Positions 18,152 to 31,100 of a DNA stretch of 64,000 nt are shown one piece after another. The notes under the pieces were generated by a model, which was not told the DNA's origin, searched no databases, and saw only the letters and a list, made by a program, of their open reading frames with translations. How positions within the stretch are numbered: position 1 is the stretch's first letter; each line of letters starts with the position of its first letter. A program made the position numbers and the translations under genes. The DNA is from a virus (Duplodnaviria > Caudoviricetes): positions 277 through 64,276 of the IMG/VR virus record IMGVR_UViG_3300044511_000089, one strand, 5' to 3'.

Positions 18152-19171
18152 TCAGAACTGAACCATGTTCAGCTTGGTAGTTGTCCTCGGCGAGGTCACC
18201 GAGCTTTCGATGTAAAGGGTCACGTTCAACCCGTTCAGCCCTCCCCCGATTGGGTTCGGTGGGATGGCGGAGAACCGGACGTAGATGTCCCCCGGCGCAT
18301 CGCTCATGTCAACCTCGGCCAAGTTCATCCCGTCACCTACCGAAGCAATCCTTGCATCGAGTTCAACGAGGCTACGACCCCAAACCCCGGAAGCGCCGAC
18401 ACCGAACATCCACTTGAACACGGTCATCTTGTCGACAGGGATGTTGGTCGTCACCGAAAAGAGCAGGGTTCCATCGCACCGGACAATGGCGACGCCGAAG
18501 TCCACCGTGTAGATGACCGGCTGCGTCGGAACCGAGTTCCCGATGTAGATGCAGAACGGCACAAGGGTTCCGCCTATCTCGCCAAGCACGTTCACGATGG
18601 TCTGGTGGACGAACCCAACCGGATTGATGGTGCTCAGGCCATGAACGGCGATGCTGCTTGGAACCCGCGTTCCATTCCTGACCAGCTTGAACCCACGGAA
18701 ATAGAACCGGCTGGGCAATGGAGCAGCCACAAACTCGAACACAAGGGATACCTTCGAGTATCCGAATGAGGACAGGTTCGGGAACGCAGCCGACACGTCT
18801 ACCTCGACCCCGTTCTTCACTTCCTGCGGCGGGTCGGTCATGGTGATGGGCTTTACATTCCCGCCTGTTGCGAAGGTGTTCGCAGCACCAGCAGAACATG
18901 GTGACGATGGGGCCGGAGGTTCATCTGGCGGAACGACCGTGATGATGACAGGGCCGGGCGGCGGTTTATCCGATGTGACCTCCGTGACGACCCTTGACTC
19001 ATCATCGGACTGGACATCGACGATGAGCAGGTCGTTGTCCACCCTGAAGTCATCATTCTTCTCTCCGTTGACGACCACACCATTGGTGTAAGCCGAAGCC
19101 CCGGTCAGCCTGTAGGGAGGCTCGTTCACCGCCCGGTGATAGGGTGGATACGGTGAAGGCGGGTAGGTCAT
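18152..19171 (-). CDS. Putative virion structural protein
   Basis: In the virion operon; Pro-rich N-terminus; beta-rich body. Confidence 0.55.
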   Translation of the reverse strand: MTYPPSPYPPYHRAVNEPPYRLTGASAYTNGVVVNGEKNDDFRVDNDLLIVDVQSDDESRVVTEVTSDKPPPGPVIITVVPPDEPPAPSSPCSAGAANTFATGGNVKPITMTDPPQEVKNGVEVDVSAAFPNLSSFGYSKVSLVFEFVAAPLPSRFYFRGFKLVRNGTRVPSSIAVHGLSTINPVGFVHQTIVNVLGEIGGTLVPFCIYIGNSVPTQPVIYTVDFGVAIVRCDGTLLFSVTTNIPVDKMTVFKWMFGVGASGVWGRSLVELDARIASVGDGMNLAEVDMSDAPGDIYVRFSAIPPNPIGGGLNGLNVTLYIESSVTSPRTTTKLNMVQF

Positions 19172-22100
19172 CAGAACGCGAACGCCCTGTCGGATGTCCT
19201 GCCCATCCCGACGGCGGCGTCAATGAGGTTCCGTGAGTTGAGCGGTGGAGCCATTCCGGTAGACCTGCTCTTGCTGGTGCCTGTGAACGGCTTGATGCCG
19301 ATGGACAGCCCGAAGTGATTGAACACCCTGACAGCATCACTTACGGTGTCGGCCCCGTCAGTGGACATGGCCGAGAGCAGCCGTCGGTATTCACCCTCGC
19401 TCGGGGCCGTCCTGAACACCGTCCGCAACGGGTGCCTTGCGCTGAACGCCCTCTGGACGTAATCGCGCGGGTCGTCGTGACCGGCTTCTCGGGCGGCTTC
19501 GATGGCCCCTTGGTAGGCGTCCGAGAACTCGCCGGGGTCATTGCCATAGGTGGCAAGCTCCATCCTACCAAGCCACGGCGTCACCTTGGTCGGCACCGAA
19601 TAACCACCCGTTGACTGGCGCACGTCCATCTTCAAGTCACGGCCTGTGATTCTCAGCCAGTTCCGCGCGTTCAACCGCTGGATGAACCGGGACTCGGCAT
19701 TGTCCAAGTCCGCCAAGTTGTTCACCATCTGGATGTATTGCAGGGCACCACCGCCACCCGCAGCTTGGGCCAGAGGCCGGATGACCCCTGCATAGTCGGC
19801 GTCACCTTGGATGAAGAACGATTGCCCGGCCTTGAACAGGCTCAGCAGCGAGTTCACGCCGATGATGCGGCTGTCCACGGACACCCCACGATTGTCGCCG
19901 CCCTGTCCCGTGTTCACCACCGTATTGATGGCGTCACCGAACAACCCGAATGTGCCGATGCGGTTGACGTTCTCGAACGCGGCAGCCACCGGGTTCTCAC
20001 CGCCAAGCAAGCGCACGTTCCTGCGCCTCCTGAGCAGCTTCTCGTAATACGAATCCACCGCCGCAGACAGGAACAAGCCGCCGAAGAAGGTGATTCCAAG
20101 CCCCGCTATGCCCCCTAGCGCGGCCTTCATGCTGTTTCGACCCTCGGTGTTGAGCCGGAGGCCCGGTATTGCAACCATGCGCCTCCACGACCAGCCAAGG
20201 AGCGGGCTGGAGAACCGGATGATGGAGTTGTTGAACGCCGCCAGCGGCATCGTGCTGATGTTGTTCTCGGACGATACCTCGCTCATCATCATGGCGTGAA
20301 TGGCGATGGCCGTCTTGTTGGTCAGTTGGTTGGTGTCGCCCCGCTCCCGCCGTTCGATGGCGTCCTTTGCAATCGTCTTGAGGTCCAGCCCCCAATTCTT
20401 CATGTCAGCGTCGAACCGCATGAAGGAATCCTTCCTCAGGCCGGTGTAGCCCATCGTCTCGCCGGTTATCTCGGCGTCAGGGTCGCCGTCAAGAACCTCC
20501 ATCGCCCTGTTGATGTAGACCTTGGCCAGCTTCCATGTCCTGAACGTGAGCACCTTGTTCGCCACAATCGCCGAGAAGCTGAACGGGGCAAAGGGTCTGA
20601 TGAGGGTGTGCTTGGCCTCCCCGCCAGCCTTGCCCACAGCGAACCCGAGCACGTCCTGAATCCCACGGAACACCTGAGCCGAACGCTGCTCCCCTTCAAG
20701 CGGGTAACGCACGTCGGTCAGCTTCTTGACGGCAGCCGGGTCGGTCAGCTTGAGTTCCTCCCAAAGCTTTTGTTCCTCGGACTCGTTCTGCCATTGCAAC
20801 CCGATGGCTTGAACCAGCGAATGGGCTATCTCTACCCCGGCTTCGGGCACCGTGCCGCCCACAGCCTTCAACACATCACTTCCTGCCCCCCAACGGAACG
20901 ACAGGTCAACCAGCGCACCCAACTGAGCGATGGCTGACCCAATCTGGTTCACCATCATGCCCGCCAAGGTGCTGGAGAACATGAACAAGCCCCGTGTCAG
21001 GTGTTCAGGGTGATTGTCACGCCGGAAGTAGTCAGACAGGCTGTGCTTGGACTCATCAAGGATACCGAACCGTTTCTCCCACTTCACAAGGGTCTTGTAA
21101 CGCACGTCTCCAAGCTTAGCGCGAACACGCGCTTCGTGTTCTGAGGCGGAAAGGACTTCACCGGCAGCCTCCTTGTCTACCTCACGTCGGGCGTTGTCCA
21201 GCGCGTCGATGCCGGACTGCACTTCTTCGGTGAGGTCGCGCCAAGCGTTGGCCAGCGTCCTTTGCCCACGACCGAACGCCGTCTGCGCCGCAATCCTTCT
21301 CGCCACCTGCGCGGCCACCCTTTGGTCGAAGTTGTAGTAGCTGAACCATTCACCGGGCAGGTCTTCGATGACCCTCGGGTTGATGAAGGCGTCAGGGGAC
21401 ATATTCTCAATCCCTGTGACATCATTCGCCGCGTCCCCTTCCGCCTCTTTCAGGATGTGGTCGGCATGCTTGTAGTAGTAGCCGAGCCGGTTCAGGACGT
21501 AGGCCACGTATTCGGCCCTGCTCTTGCCGCTCCCCGTCAACTCGTGGAGGTTCTCCGCAAAGGCGATGACGTTCCCGCCAGACTCGTCGAACGCCTTGCG
21601 AACAAGGTAAGGGTCCGCCCTATAGCTCAACGTGTCCTTGTCACGCTTCGATTGAAGGAGCCTTCGGTATTTGACACGGTCACCACCCGATTCCTCCATC
21701 GCCTCGGCCTCCCTCAGCGCCGGGTCGCCACCCACCTTGAATACCTCGAACGCGCTTTCCCGTGGCATTTCCATCAACGGCCTGAGGAACAACGTCAGCA
21801 CCGTGTCCTTGTAGGTGCCGCCGTAGAACTTGTTCACCAAGGCTTCAAGGGCGGCCCTGTCATTTTCGTAAAGCTGGTCAGCATCGTCGAAGTTCATGTC
21901 CGACCAGCCGATGTCGCGCAGCGTCCTGACCATCATCTTGAACCTTCGGTGCAGCGTTTGCGGGAAGGTGTAGGAACCCTTCGGTATATGCCTGCGGATG
22001 GCCGTCTCGTATTTGCCGGTCGCAGGGTTGAACACTTTCAGGGATTCATCCTCAACCCCTATCCCGCTGCGCTCAACCTTGTCCATCGCCCAATCCATGA

Positions 22101-25100
22101 ACTCGGACTGCATGTCAACGAGGTCTTTGAGCGCCGAACGCCATGCCTCGGGGTCGGCTGACACGATGTGCTTCGTGCCCTCGTTGTCCATCAGCATCTT
22201 CATCACCCTGTTCCAGATGGCCGAGGTCAACGCAGAAGGGTTGTCGGCATACTTTTCCTCAAGGTCGTAGTTGTATTGCAGCGCGTTCCTGACCGGGTCG
22301 AGCATGTGCTCCCGCAGGAAGGCCCGCTTGTCGCTCACCCATTCCGGCATCAAGGCCAAGACATGGTTCTCCAAGTCGAATATCCTGCGACCGTAACGCT
22401 CGTGAGTGTTCCTGAACTCGTAGTCCAGCGTCTGGAACTTGTGCCCCATCACCATGATGGCCCGCGCGATTCCTGTCCCGAACGCATCGGCAATCTTCTT
22501 CCAGACCGGGGCGAACCCAAGCTCCATCATCAGCTTCTCCGACGCCGCCACGTTCACCCTGATATGGTGGTTGTCGGCCAGAATCCTGAACTGACGCTTG
22601 ATGTATTCGTAGTCCGAGTCCAGTGCGCCCTCGTCCCCTGATGCAGCCCGTTCCTCCCTTGCCAGCATGAACTCCTTCATCGACAGGAGCCACCCTTCGA
22701 CCTCGTCCGGGTTGGTCACGGTGCCCTTGTTGCTGAGCCGCAGCGTCTTCCTGCTGCCCTCGGACACAAGCTGTTCACGGGTCGCATCAGGCGAAGGCGG
22801 AACAACGACGGTCGCCTTGTCCAAGAACTCGAAGTCGGCGCTCAACGACAGGCCAGCGTTCAACCTGCTGACGTGCGTGTTGAGAACCTTCAGTGCCGCC
22901 TGCCCCATCTTCAGCCTGCTCTGGAGCCGTTCGTGCGCGCGACGTGCGTTCCGCAGGTCAACCTTGGCCTTCAGATGGGCGTTACGGTAGCGTTCAGCGA
23001 TGGTTGCAGTCCTCTTGAGGTCGCCCACCGACGACACCAGCGCCCGCTTGTCACCCCTGTAAACGTCCCTGTCAGCGTCAGCGACGGACTTCGCGATGTC
23101 CACACGAGCCGCCCCGTCCTGATGTTTGCGCAACTCAATCGCCGCCATCGTCCGCATGTGCGTCTTGGCGAAGGCGATGATGGAGGCGGTCATGGCGACC
23201 GAACGCAGGCTGCCATCCACCAGTTCGGCATAGGCAGGGTCCGCCTTGAGCGCCGCGATGATGTCTGCCGGTGAAGCCGTGAAGTCGATGGTCGGGTCGA
23301 GCGCCAGTTGCTCAAGAACCTCGAACAGGCCGTCCGGGTTCAGCCCGCTGTCCTTGCCGAACAGGTCATGGAAGGTGTCACCGTATTTCTTGAGTGTGGC
23401 CGACGGGTCGAGCACCTTCATCACCTGCATCACCAGCGACTCGCGCTTCGTCCTCCCTTCAAGCTGGCTGAACATCCTGCGAATCTCGCGCTTCATGGCG
23501 CTGACAGCGTTCGCAGCCGCATACAGCCAGTCGGCGTAATGGGCTTGCTCGGCTGCAAACTCATCCTCGGCCTTCACCAACACCTTTCCTGTCCTGATGA
23601 TGTCCGACATGGTTTCAGTCATCAGGCCAGCCAGTTTGCCAGCCGTCTTCTGCATGGCCCTCGCCGCCTCACCGATGGTCTTGTCACGGGCAGCCTTCGA
23701 CCTGAACCCGTCCAGACGCTTCTCAGGGTCGAACTTCACAGGGTCGCCGGTGGACTCCCGCTGCTCGGCCAGAGCCTTGTTCATCTCGCGCGGGTCGTCC
23801 ATGTTGAGCAGGCTCAGCACATGGTCGAGTGGGGTCGCCTTCTTCTTGCGCTTGGCCATGTCGCCGTTGTAGACCGCCAAGACCTCGGGGTCGGTGGACA
23901 CGGCGGTCACGGCGTCGAGCAGCGTGTTGTTCTGCGCGGCAATCATCTCGACCGCCGTGGTCCTGCTTACGGTCGGTGTCCTTGGAGCCGCTGGCATTGC
24001 ATGAGTCTGCGACCCAAGCCTTGACAGCACAGGCATCGTTTCCACCATGAACTTCTCTTTCTTAGCGTCGACCACCTGCAACACATCCGATGCCGTCGCC
24101 ATGATGTAGCGCGTGGCTTCTGCTACCTCATTGGCTGACGGGAGAACCCGCTTGAGGTCGGGCCTGTCTTTTAGCTCAGCCTTATAGCTGGCCTCCATCA
24201 ACCCCACCAAAGCCTCAATAACCCTTTGAAGGAAGCCGTTGATATTCTGAAGGATGGTCGCCAGCGCAGACCGCCTCTCTGCAACAGTCGCTCCCTTGTC
24301 CTTCAGTATCTTGCGCGCAGCATCCAATGTTGCGCCTGTCGATGTGTTGGATGTCGGGTCGCTCACACTGAACCTGCGCGGGTCGAAAAGGAATGCCACG
24401 AACTCGTGAAGGTTGGTGAGTTCGTAAGGAAGAACGACGTCCTCCTGTGCAAGCTCACCAAGAACACCCTGCCTGAACGATAAAAGCGCCTCGTCGTAGA
24501 GTTGTTGTAACCGTTCCATTGCAGACCGCTCATCGGCGCTCAGTGTCTCTGGAGCGACGTTGTATCTGTGAATCAGCCTCGATGAGACGGCGTGGATGCA
24601 CTCGTGTATCAGTGTCTGAATGGTGTAGACATCCAGCAGGTCGTCCGGGTCTAGGTTCGTTACAGCACGAGCTAGACGGAATGACTGGAGGTAGAGGGTG
24701 ATTCCGCTGGTGGAATTGTTGTAAGTCCCCATCCAAACCGGGTCCATGTGTGTATTGAGGGTTATAGGGACGTCGTCGTGTTTCAACAGCCTGACAAGCG
24801 CCCGAGCGACGACAGCCTCAGCGCGTCGTGTCTCGGTTTCCTTGGCTGCCCCCCTTTCCATGTCAGCGTTGAGAATGGTAACCAATCGCTCCATCACAGC
24901 ATGCGCACTTAGTGTGCCGTCCTTATTGGTTGCGTTCGGGAACACTTCCTTTCTCAGCTTGGTGGCGATGCCATCCACGGCCTTGGCTGACACCTGTTCG
25001 TGAATAGCGATTCTGGCCGTGTCCATCGCTTGCATGGCAGACATGCGACTTGGCCGCGCGCCGTGCTGCTCAAACTCACCTGCACTTACGCTCCACCGGA

Positions 25101-28100
25101 ACGACCATTCGCCTTCCTGCACTAGCTCGAATTGCATGGTTATTGGATAGCCACCGATGCGCACGTCCTGATTCCACCGCCGCGATTGGGGTTCGACGGA
25201 AGCGTGCCGAGTAGAACCGTAGACGTCCTCTCCAGTTCTCTCTGCCCGGTATGGTGTCTGCTTACGTCTTATATCCTCAAAGAACGATTCCTCGCGTTTG
25301 GCGTTGTAGACGTTCAACACGCGCATCGAGGTGCCTAGAAGGTATTCAAGTGCATCTCCGAGTTCACGTTCACTCACATGATGGCGGTCTATCAGGTCAT
25401 GCGCAACATCCCGCCTGACCTGCGACAGGATGAGGTTCTTCACAGCCTCGATGACACGGTGCATGAAGCCTGTGATGGACTGCATCAGCCGACCAAGCAG
25501 AATGAACCGCTCCGGCCCTCTATACCCGAGCTTGTTTGCGGCAGATTCGATAGCCTCATGGTAGCCCGAGTTGCCAAATGCGTATTCGGCTTGGCTTGGG
25601 TCAAGGACAAGGGCAAGGAACTCGTGAAGGTTGGTAAGTCCGTAAGGCAGTTTCGCTTTGGTCCCTGCTTCCTCCCGGAACTTGTATACTGCTTCCTCCC
25701 AAAGCTCCTCTAACTTGTGCATGGCCGCCAACTCCGCACGCGACAGTGTCTCGCGCATCGAATTGTATCGGTAGATGAGCCTAGAACTGGCAGCATGCAC
25801 AGCCTCGTGGATAAGGATGTCCGCTACCTCATCCAGTGGCACCGACAGCATCGTATTTCTGTTTCGTGAGTCGGTGACAATGACGCGAGTAAAGAGAGCG
25901 ATGTCGCCCGTGATGAGGTCGTAGTCGCCGTGAGAGGCACCAAACCCTTCAACCATCTTCACTCTCGCGTCATCCAGCACAACCCTAAGCCCTTCAGGTA
26001 GCACACGCTCCAGCAAGATGGCCACGACGCGTTGCGCCTGCCTGATGCGCTTTTGTCTGGCTGTCTCGTTTCGCCTCGGCTTCGTCAGGTGCCTCGCCAG
26101 CACCCCCATCGTAGCCTTGGTGTCAATGGTTCCATCCTTGGCAACGGCCTCACCGAACGCCGTGACGAGCGCGGCCTTGAAATCCGTTGCAGCCGAGGCG
26201 TTGTCAGCCTCCGCCTTCATCACCTGCGCCGCGTAAGCCTTGGCTTCCTCGTAGGTCACGTCCCGCAACGTCTCGAACCGCACACCACCGCGCGTCATCG
26301 TGGTTGTGAACTTACCGCTTCTGACGTCCTGAGTGATGGCGTAGGTCGTCATCAGCCCGTTGATGAGCGCCCCGCCCTGTTCGGCAATCCGGGTGGCCTT
26401 TGTGCTGTTGAACACCGTGGCCAAGACAGAATCGTTCGGTGCCGATGCCATCTCCACGCGCATCCCGTCCTCGGACAACATCGCAGAAGGCGCAGCCGCG
26501 TCTTGGTTCAGTTCGCGGCCAAGCTGCTCGTGTTCCTGCTGCGGTGTGAGCCTGCGCGGAGCAACCGGGGTCGCAACCGAGGGTATCCTTGTGCCGGTGT
26601 CGTCCTCCTGCTCGAACAACGGGGCCAGCTTGTCCTTCAGGTAATCCAGCGCGGGCTGGTTGACCACCCATCCAAGCTCGGGTTCGGTCACAACCTCGAA
26701 GTCAAACGCCCCACCGTAATGCCTGCGCAACCGCTCATCACCGCGCGACCCCTCGATGATGCCCTCGGCAGCATCCGTGTTCCCTTCAATCGTTCCCGCA
26801 ACCGCGTCGGTCAGCAGGAACTTGCCATTCGGCAGGGCTGTTACGGTCACGCCTTCCGGTATCGAGGCAACCTCGTCTATTGTTCCAGACTGCCCGGCTT
26901 CCTCGGACGCTGTAAGGTCTGTGGCATCAAGTTCGGTGCCGTGCTGCATGGCGTTCAGCGTCCTGAACTTCCTGTTCAACACCCCTTCGTGATGCCTGTC
27001 TGCTACGGCGTCGTTCGAGAAGATGAGCCTGATGTCCACGGGCGACTTCGTCATCATGCGGCTGACCCGCCCAAGCACTTGGTCGAACACGTCACCGGCG
27101 TAGTCCGCCGTCACGATATAGACCATGCGCGGCGCATGACCAATCTGGTCGTCTAGGTCGATTCCAACGCCACCCGACCTTGCCGTGGCAATCACGATGT
27201 CAGCGTCCCCGTTCTGGAACGCATCCATGCTCTTTTCCTTGTTGTGCCTGCCGAAGATGCCCACCCACTTCGGCTTCCTGCGAACACCCTTTGCATCCGT
27301 GACCATGACGTCATCGAGCATCCCGGTCAGGGTGTTGATGAAACCCTTGAACTTCCTGCCACGCAGCCCCTTGATTCGCGTGTCATTGATGCCATCCGCG
27401 AAGATGACCACCTTCTTGCCCTGCCTGATGTCGTTCAGCGCCAGCTTGATAACCTCACCAGCCTTGGTCGGTTCCACCCACCGGGCAAGCTCACCAAGCA
27501 TCATGGCCTTCAACCGCCCACGGTATGGCCCTTTGGCCTCGGCCATCCTTGCCTCCCAATACTCCATGATGGCTTCCTGTTCCTTTTGAAGTCGGTCGCT
27601 CAACCCAATCATCTGCTTGCGAATGGGCTGGTCGGGGTTGACCGAAAACACCGGGAAGAACCTGCGGATGAAGCCGCTGTTCCTTGCGACACCATCCCGC
27701 TTCACGGCGATGATGGAATCGATGCGGTCTTGGTCGTAGCCAGCACTGGTGTCCGGCCTGTGCTTGATGGTGATTTTCCCCTCCGCGTCCTCCTCCTCCT
27801 CGCGAATCATGCCAAGCTCGCCTTCCATCTGTTCGATGGTCTTTTCTTCCAGCTTGGCAAGGATGACAACCGCCCCTCCCGGTTTGTCGAACGGGGTAGC
27901 CGAGGCCAGCAACTCGTGGTCAGCCTTGACGTCCAAAGCGGCAAGTGTTTTGCCGCTGCCGAGGTTCTTCATGTTGTGAACCTCGTCGAATACCACGACA
28001 CCGTAGTCACCGTCGCCAATCGAGGCGTTCGGAATACTACTGGACGATGATTCCGGTAGTGCTCCCGTCTCAGCCCCTCTACGAACCCAATCGTAGGTGC

Positions 28101-31100
28101 TGAACTCGAAGTTCGTCAGGTCGATGCCGAGCCGCTTCATGTCGACGAGGAACCGGCTCCTGATGATGGGCGGAGACGGGGTGACAATGAGAACCTTCTT
28201 GCCCGTCCTCTTGGCAATCTCGTTCGCCACGACCAGTTCGGTCATGGTCTTTCCAACCCCTGTCCCGTCAGCCAGCATGAACGCCCTCAGCCTCAATGTC
28301 AGGAACCTGTGCAGCGCGTAGTTGACCGCCACCCTTTGGTGCGGGGTCAGGATGGGATAATCCGTTGACCGCAGGAAGGACGGGATGCCGGTCGGAAGGA
28401 GCTTCTCACCGGGCCAAATCAATGGCGGGCGCTTCCCGTATTTCTTCTCCGCCTCGATGGTGCGCGGGTCTACGCCTTTACGAACAGGGGGCTTAGTGGG
28501 TTCTTTCGGCTTTGTTCCTCCAGAAACGCTTCCGCCCCCGGATGTCCCGCCAGTGCCAGCCGTTCCAGAAACTCCAGTTTGCTTACCTCCGCCGGTATCG
28601 GTGGTATCGGTGCTCCCGGCGGCCAGTCCTCCCGAAGCTCCTCCATCAGAGACTTGCGTGGCCCATTGGGTCGACGCGATGACCGCTTGCGTGACTCTTT
28701 TGACGTCGGCTTCATGGCTTATCCCGCTGATGTTGACCTGTTGCGGCGCTTGCTTGTGAACGTGTCTAAGAATGGCCGCCGCCGTATTGTAAACCTGTTC
28801 GAGCGCATGCACAAGAGCCGTGAACACCTGCTGGCCCAGTGTGGCGGCGTGCTCAAACAATGCCTTCCCGACCGTCTTGATGTCTTGCGCCCCTTTCCGC
28901 ATCAGGTTGATGGCCAGATTGGTGAACGCCTTGAACTGCTCCGGTGTCAGCGCCGGGAATGACAGCAAAGCACCGCTTGCTGCGTAAAGTTCCTTTGAGA
29001 ACCGTCGAAGGATGGCAGAGTATGTCGACGGATGCGGCAGCGTCTGGCGTGTCATTCCAGCCACGCGCACTAGGTCGGCGATGCTCGGCTGTAGCAGTTC
29101 GATGTCCTTGCCGAGTTGTCGCAATACGGAATCGTAGGTCGCCGTCGCCATCACCCTGCGGCTCAGCCCACGCACGAAGTCGGTCTTGCCCTGCCCGTCG
29201 TAAGCCTTGGCCACGTCGTAGACAAACCGTTTCAGGAACAACTGGAGGAACGCCTTGTGGTCCTGAGGGATGCTGGAGATGGGCATGCCGCTCTTGACCA
29301 GCCAGTCCGACATCTCGTGCCTGCCCATGACCCGATGTTCCGCAGCCACGGTCTTTAGCAGGGCCGCGTAATCGTTCACAAACCTGTTCAGCAACCTCTC
29401 CCTCGTCGCGTTCCTTTCCTTCTTGGTCTGTCTCAATGCTTGGACCTTGCGCTCGAAGGTGTCCTCCCATGCCGCGTCGAATATCTTCCACGTCAGTTCG
29501 CCCTTCTCGGCCCACCATTGCACGGTGTCCCACAGGGTTGAACCGATTTCCTCAACCCTTCTTCGGGCGTTGTCGTGCGCGTCCTCAACCAAGTCCTCCC
29601 TTGGGGCGGTCTTGGCCTCGATGATGAGCGACTCGGGAGTGCTCCCCGGTTCCTCGGCTTGGGCTTCTTCCTCAGCCGTCGCTTCGATGGATACCGCTTC
29701 TTCCTCCCCCATCTGCTCCTGCCGCTGTTCCATCATCAATGCGCGCTGCGCTTCCTCAAGAACGGAGTAGCGCGACCGCGTGGTTGCCTGCATGTCACGG
29801 GCCGGTTCAGCGAACTCCTTCTCGAACTGTTCGACCGAGTCGTAAATGCTGTAATACTTCCTGATTCGGTATTTGAACCGGGCCGATGCAATCGGCACGT
29901 AGCGCAACTCGCCGTTCTCCATCCTCTCCGCAAGAATCTCAGGCAGTCTCCTGTTCCACTTTGATTTCCTGTTCTTGGCGTTCTCAGGCCAAATCATCCA
30001 GTCCTCGAACGCCCCTCCCTTGGTGAACCGTCTCAGGAACGACCCGCCAATGACCTTGCCAGTCTGCTTGTCGAGCAGGTAGACGACCTTCTTTGACTCG
30101 TGCTCAAGGTGGATGTCGCCCTCCGTGCCAGCCGACGTCCTGCCTTCGCTGGCGAAGGTGTCCATCAACCTTGGGACGTTGGCGAGTTCGTCCGGGCTGA
30201 TTTCGTAGAAGGCCGGGACGATGTGCTTGTCAACCTCGTTCGCCAAGTCTTGGTTCAGGTCCGCTTCCTGCGCCTTCAAGTAATTTCGGGCGACGGCGAT
30301 GCGTTCGCTCAGGGTGGGCAGGTTCGGGCCGGGACGTTCATCCGAACCCTTGGTCCTGAGTTCGTCCTCAAGTTCCTTGATGAGCTTCAGCGTTTCCTCG
30401 ATGCCAGCCACTCGCTTTTCGAGGACCGCCTTCGCCCCTTCAAAGATACCGTATTCCTTGATGATGGAATCCACCCTGTGCTTGACCTCATCCGGCGTCA
30501 CCAAGCGTTCGACGGCACCCTTGGTCAGCTTGATGCCCGGCTTCACCTTCTCGGCAATCAGCACCGTGTTGTCGAAGTCGATGTCCTCGGGTGTCAGGAG
30601 TTCGTGCCCGGTCTTGTGCGCCTCGACCACCTTGCGCACCCTGCGCCCAATCTTCTCGCGCATCGCCGACCACGCTTGGAAGAACTTGTCGTAGGAGTTC
30701 GGGTAGTTCTCCTTGAGATACTGAAGTATCTCGTCCCTGATGTAACCGAAGGCGGCTTGGTCGCGGTTGAGCGCGCCGAAGAAGTTCTCATTCACTTCGG
30801 TTCTCAGGAAGTAAGGTTTGCCCTCCGGTGCGAACAGCCGGTGCTTCTTGAGCAACTCGACCAGTTCAGCCCCGTTCAACGAGAACATCCAGTTTTCAAA
30901 GGCTGCGAAGTAGGCCGGGGCCACTTCATCCGGTTGCACATCCTTGATTTGCTTCCTGATGGTCTTGAAGATGTTCACGAACTCGCGCTGCCTGCCGCCT
31001 TGAGCGAACTCTGAGAACACCGCCTGTTGAATCCGCAGCTTCCTCGTCCCCGATTGCTCAATCTCTTTCACGGCTTCGAGTGCCATCCAGTCCACGACAT

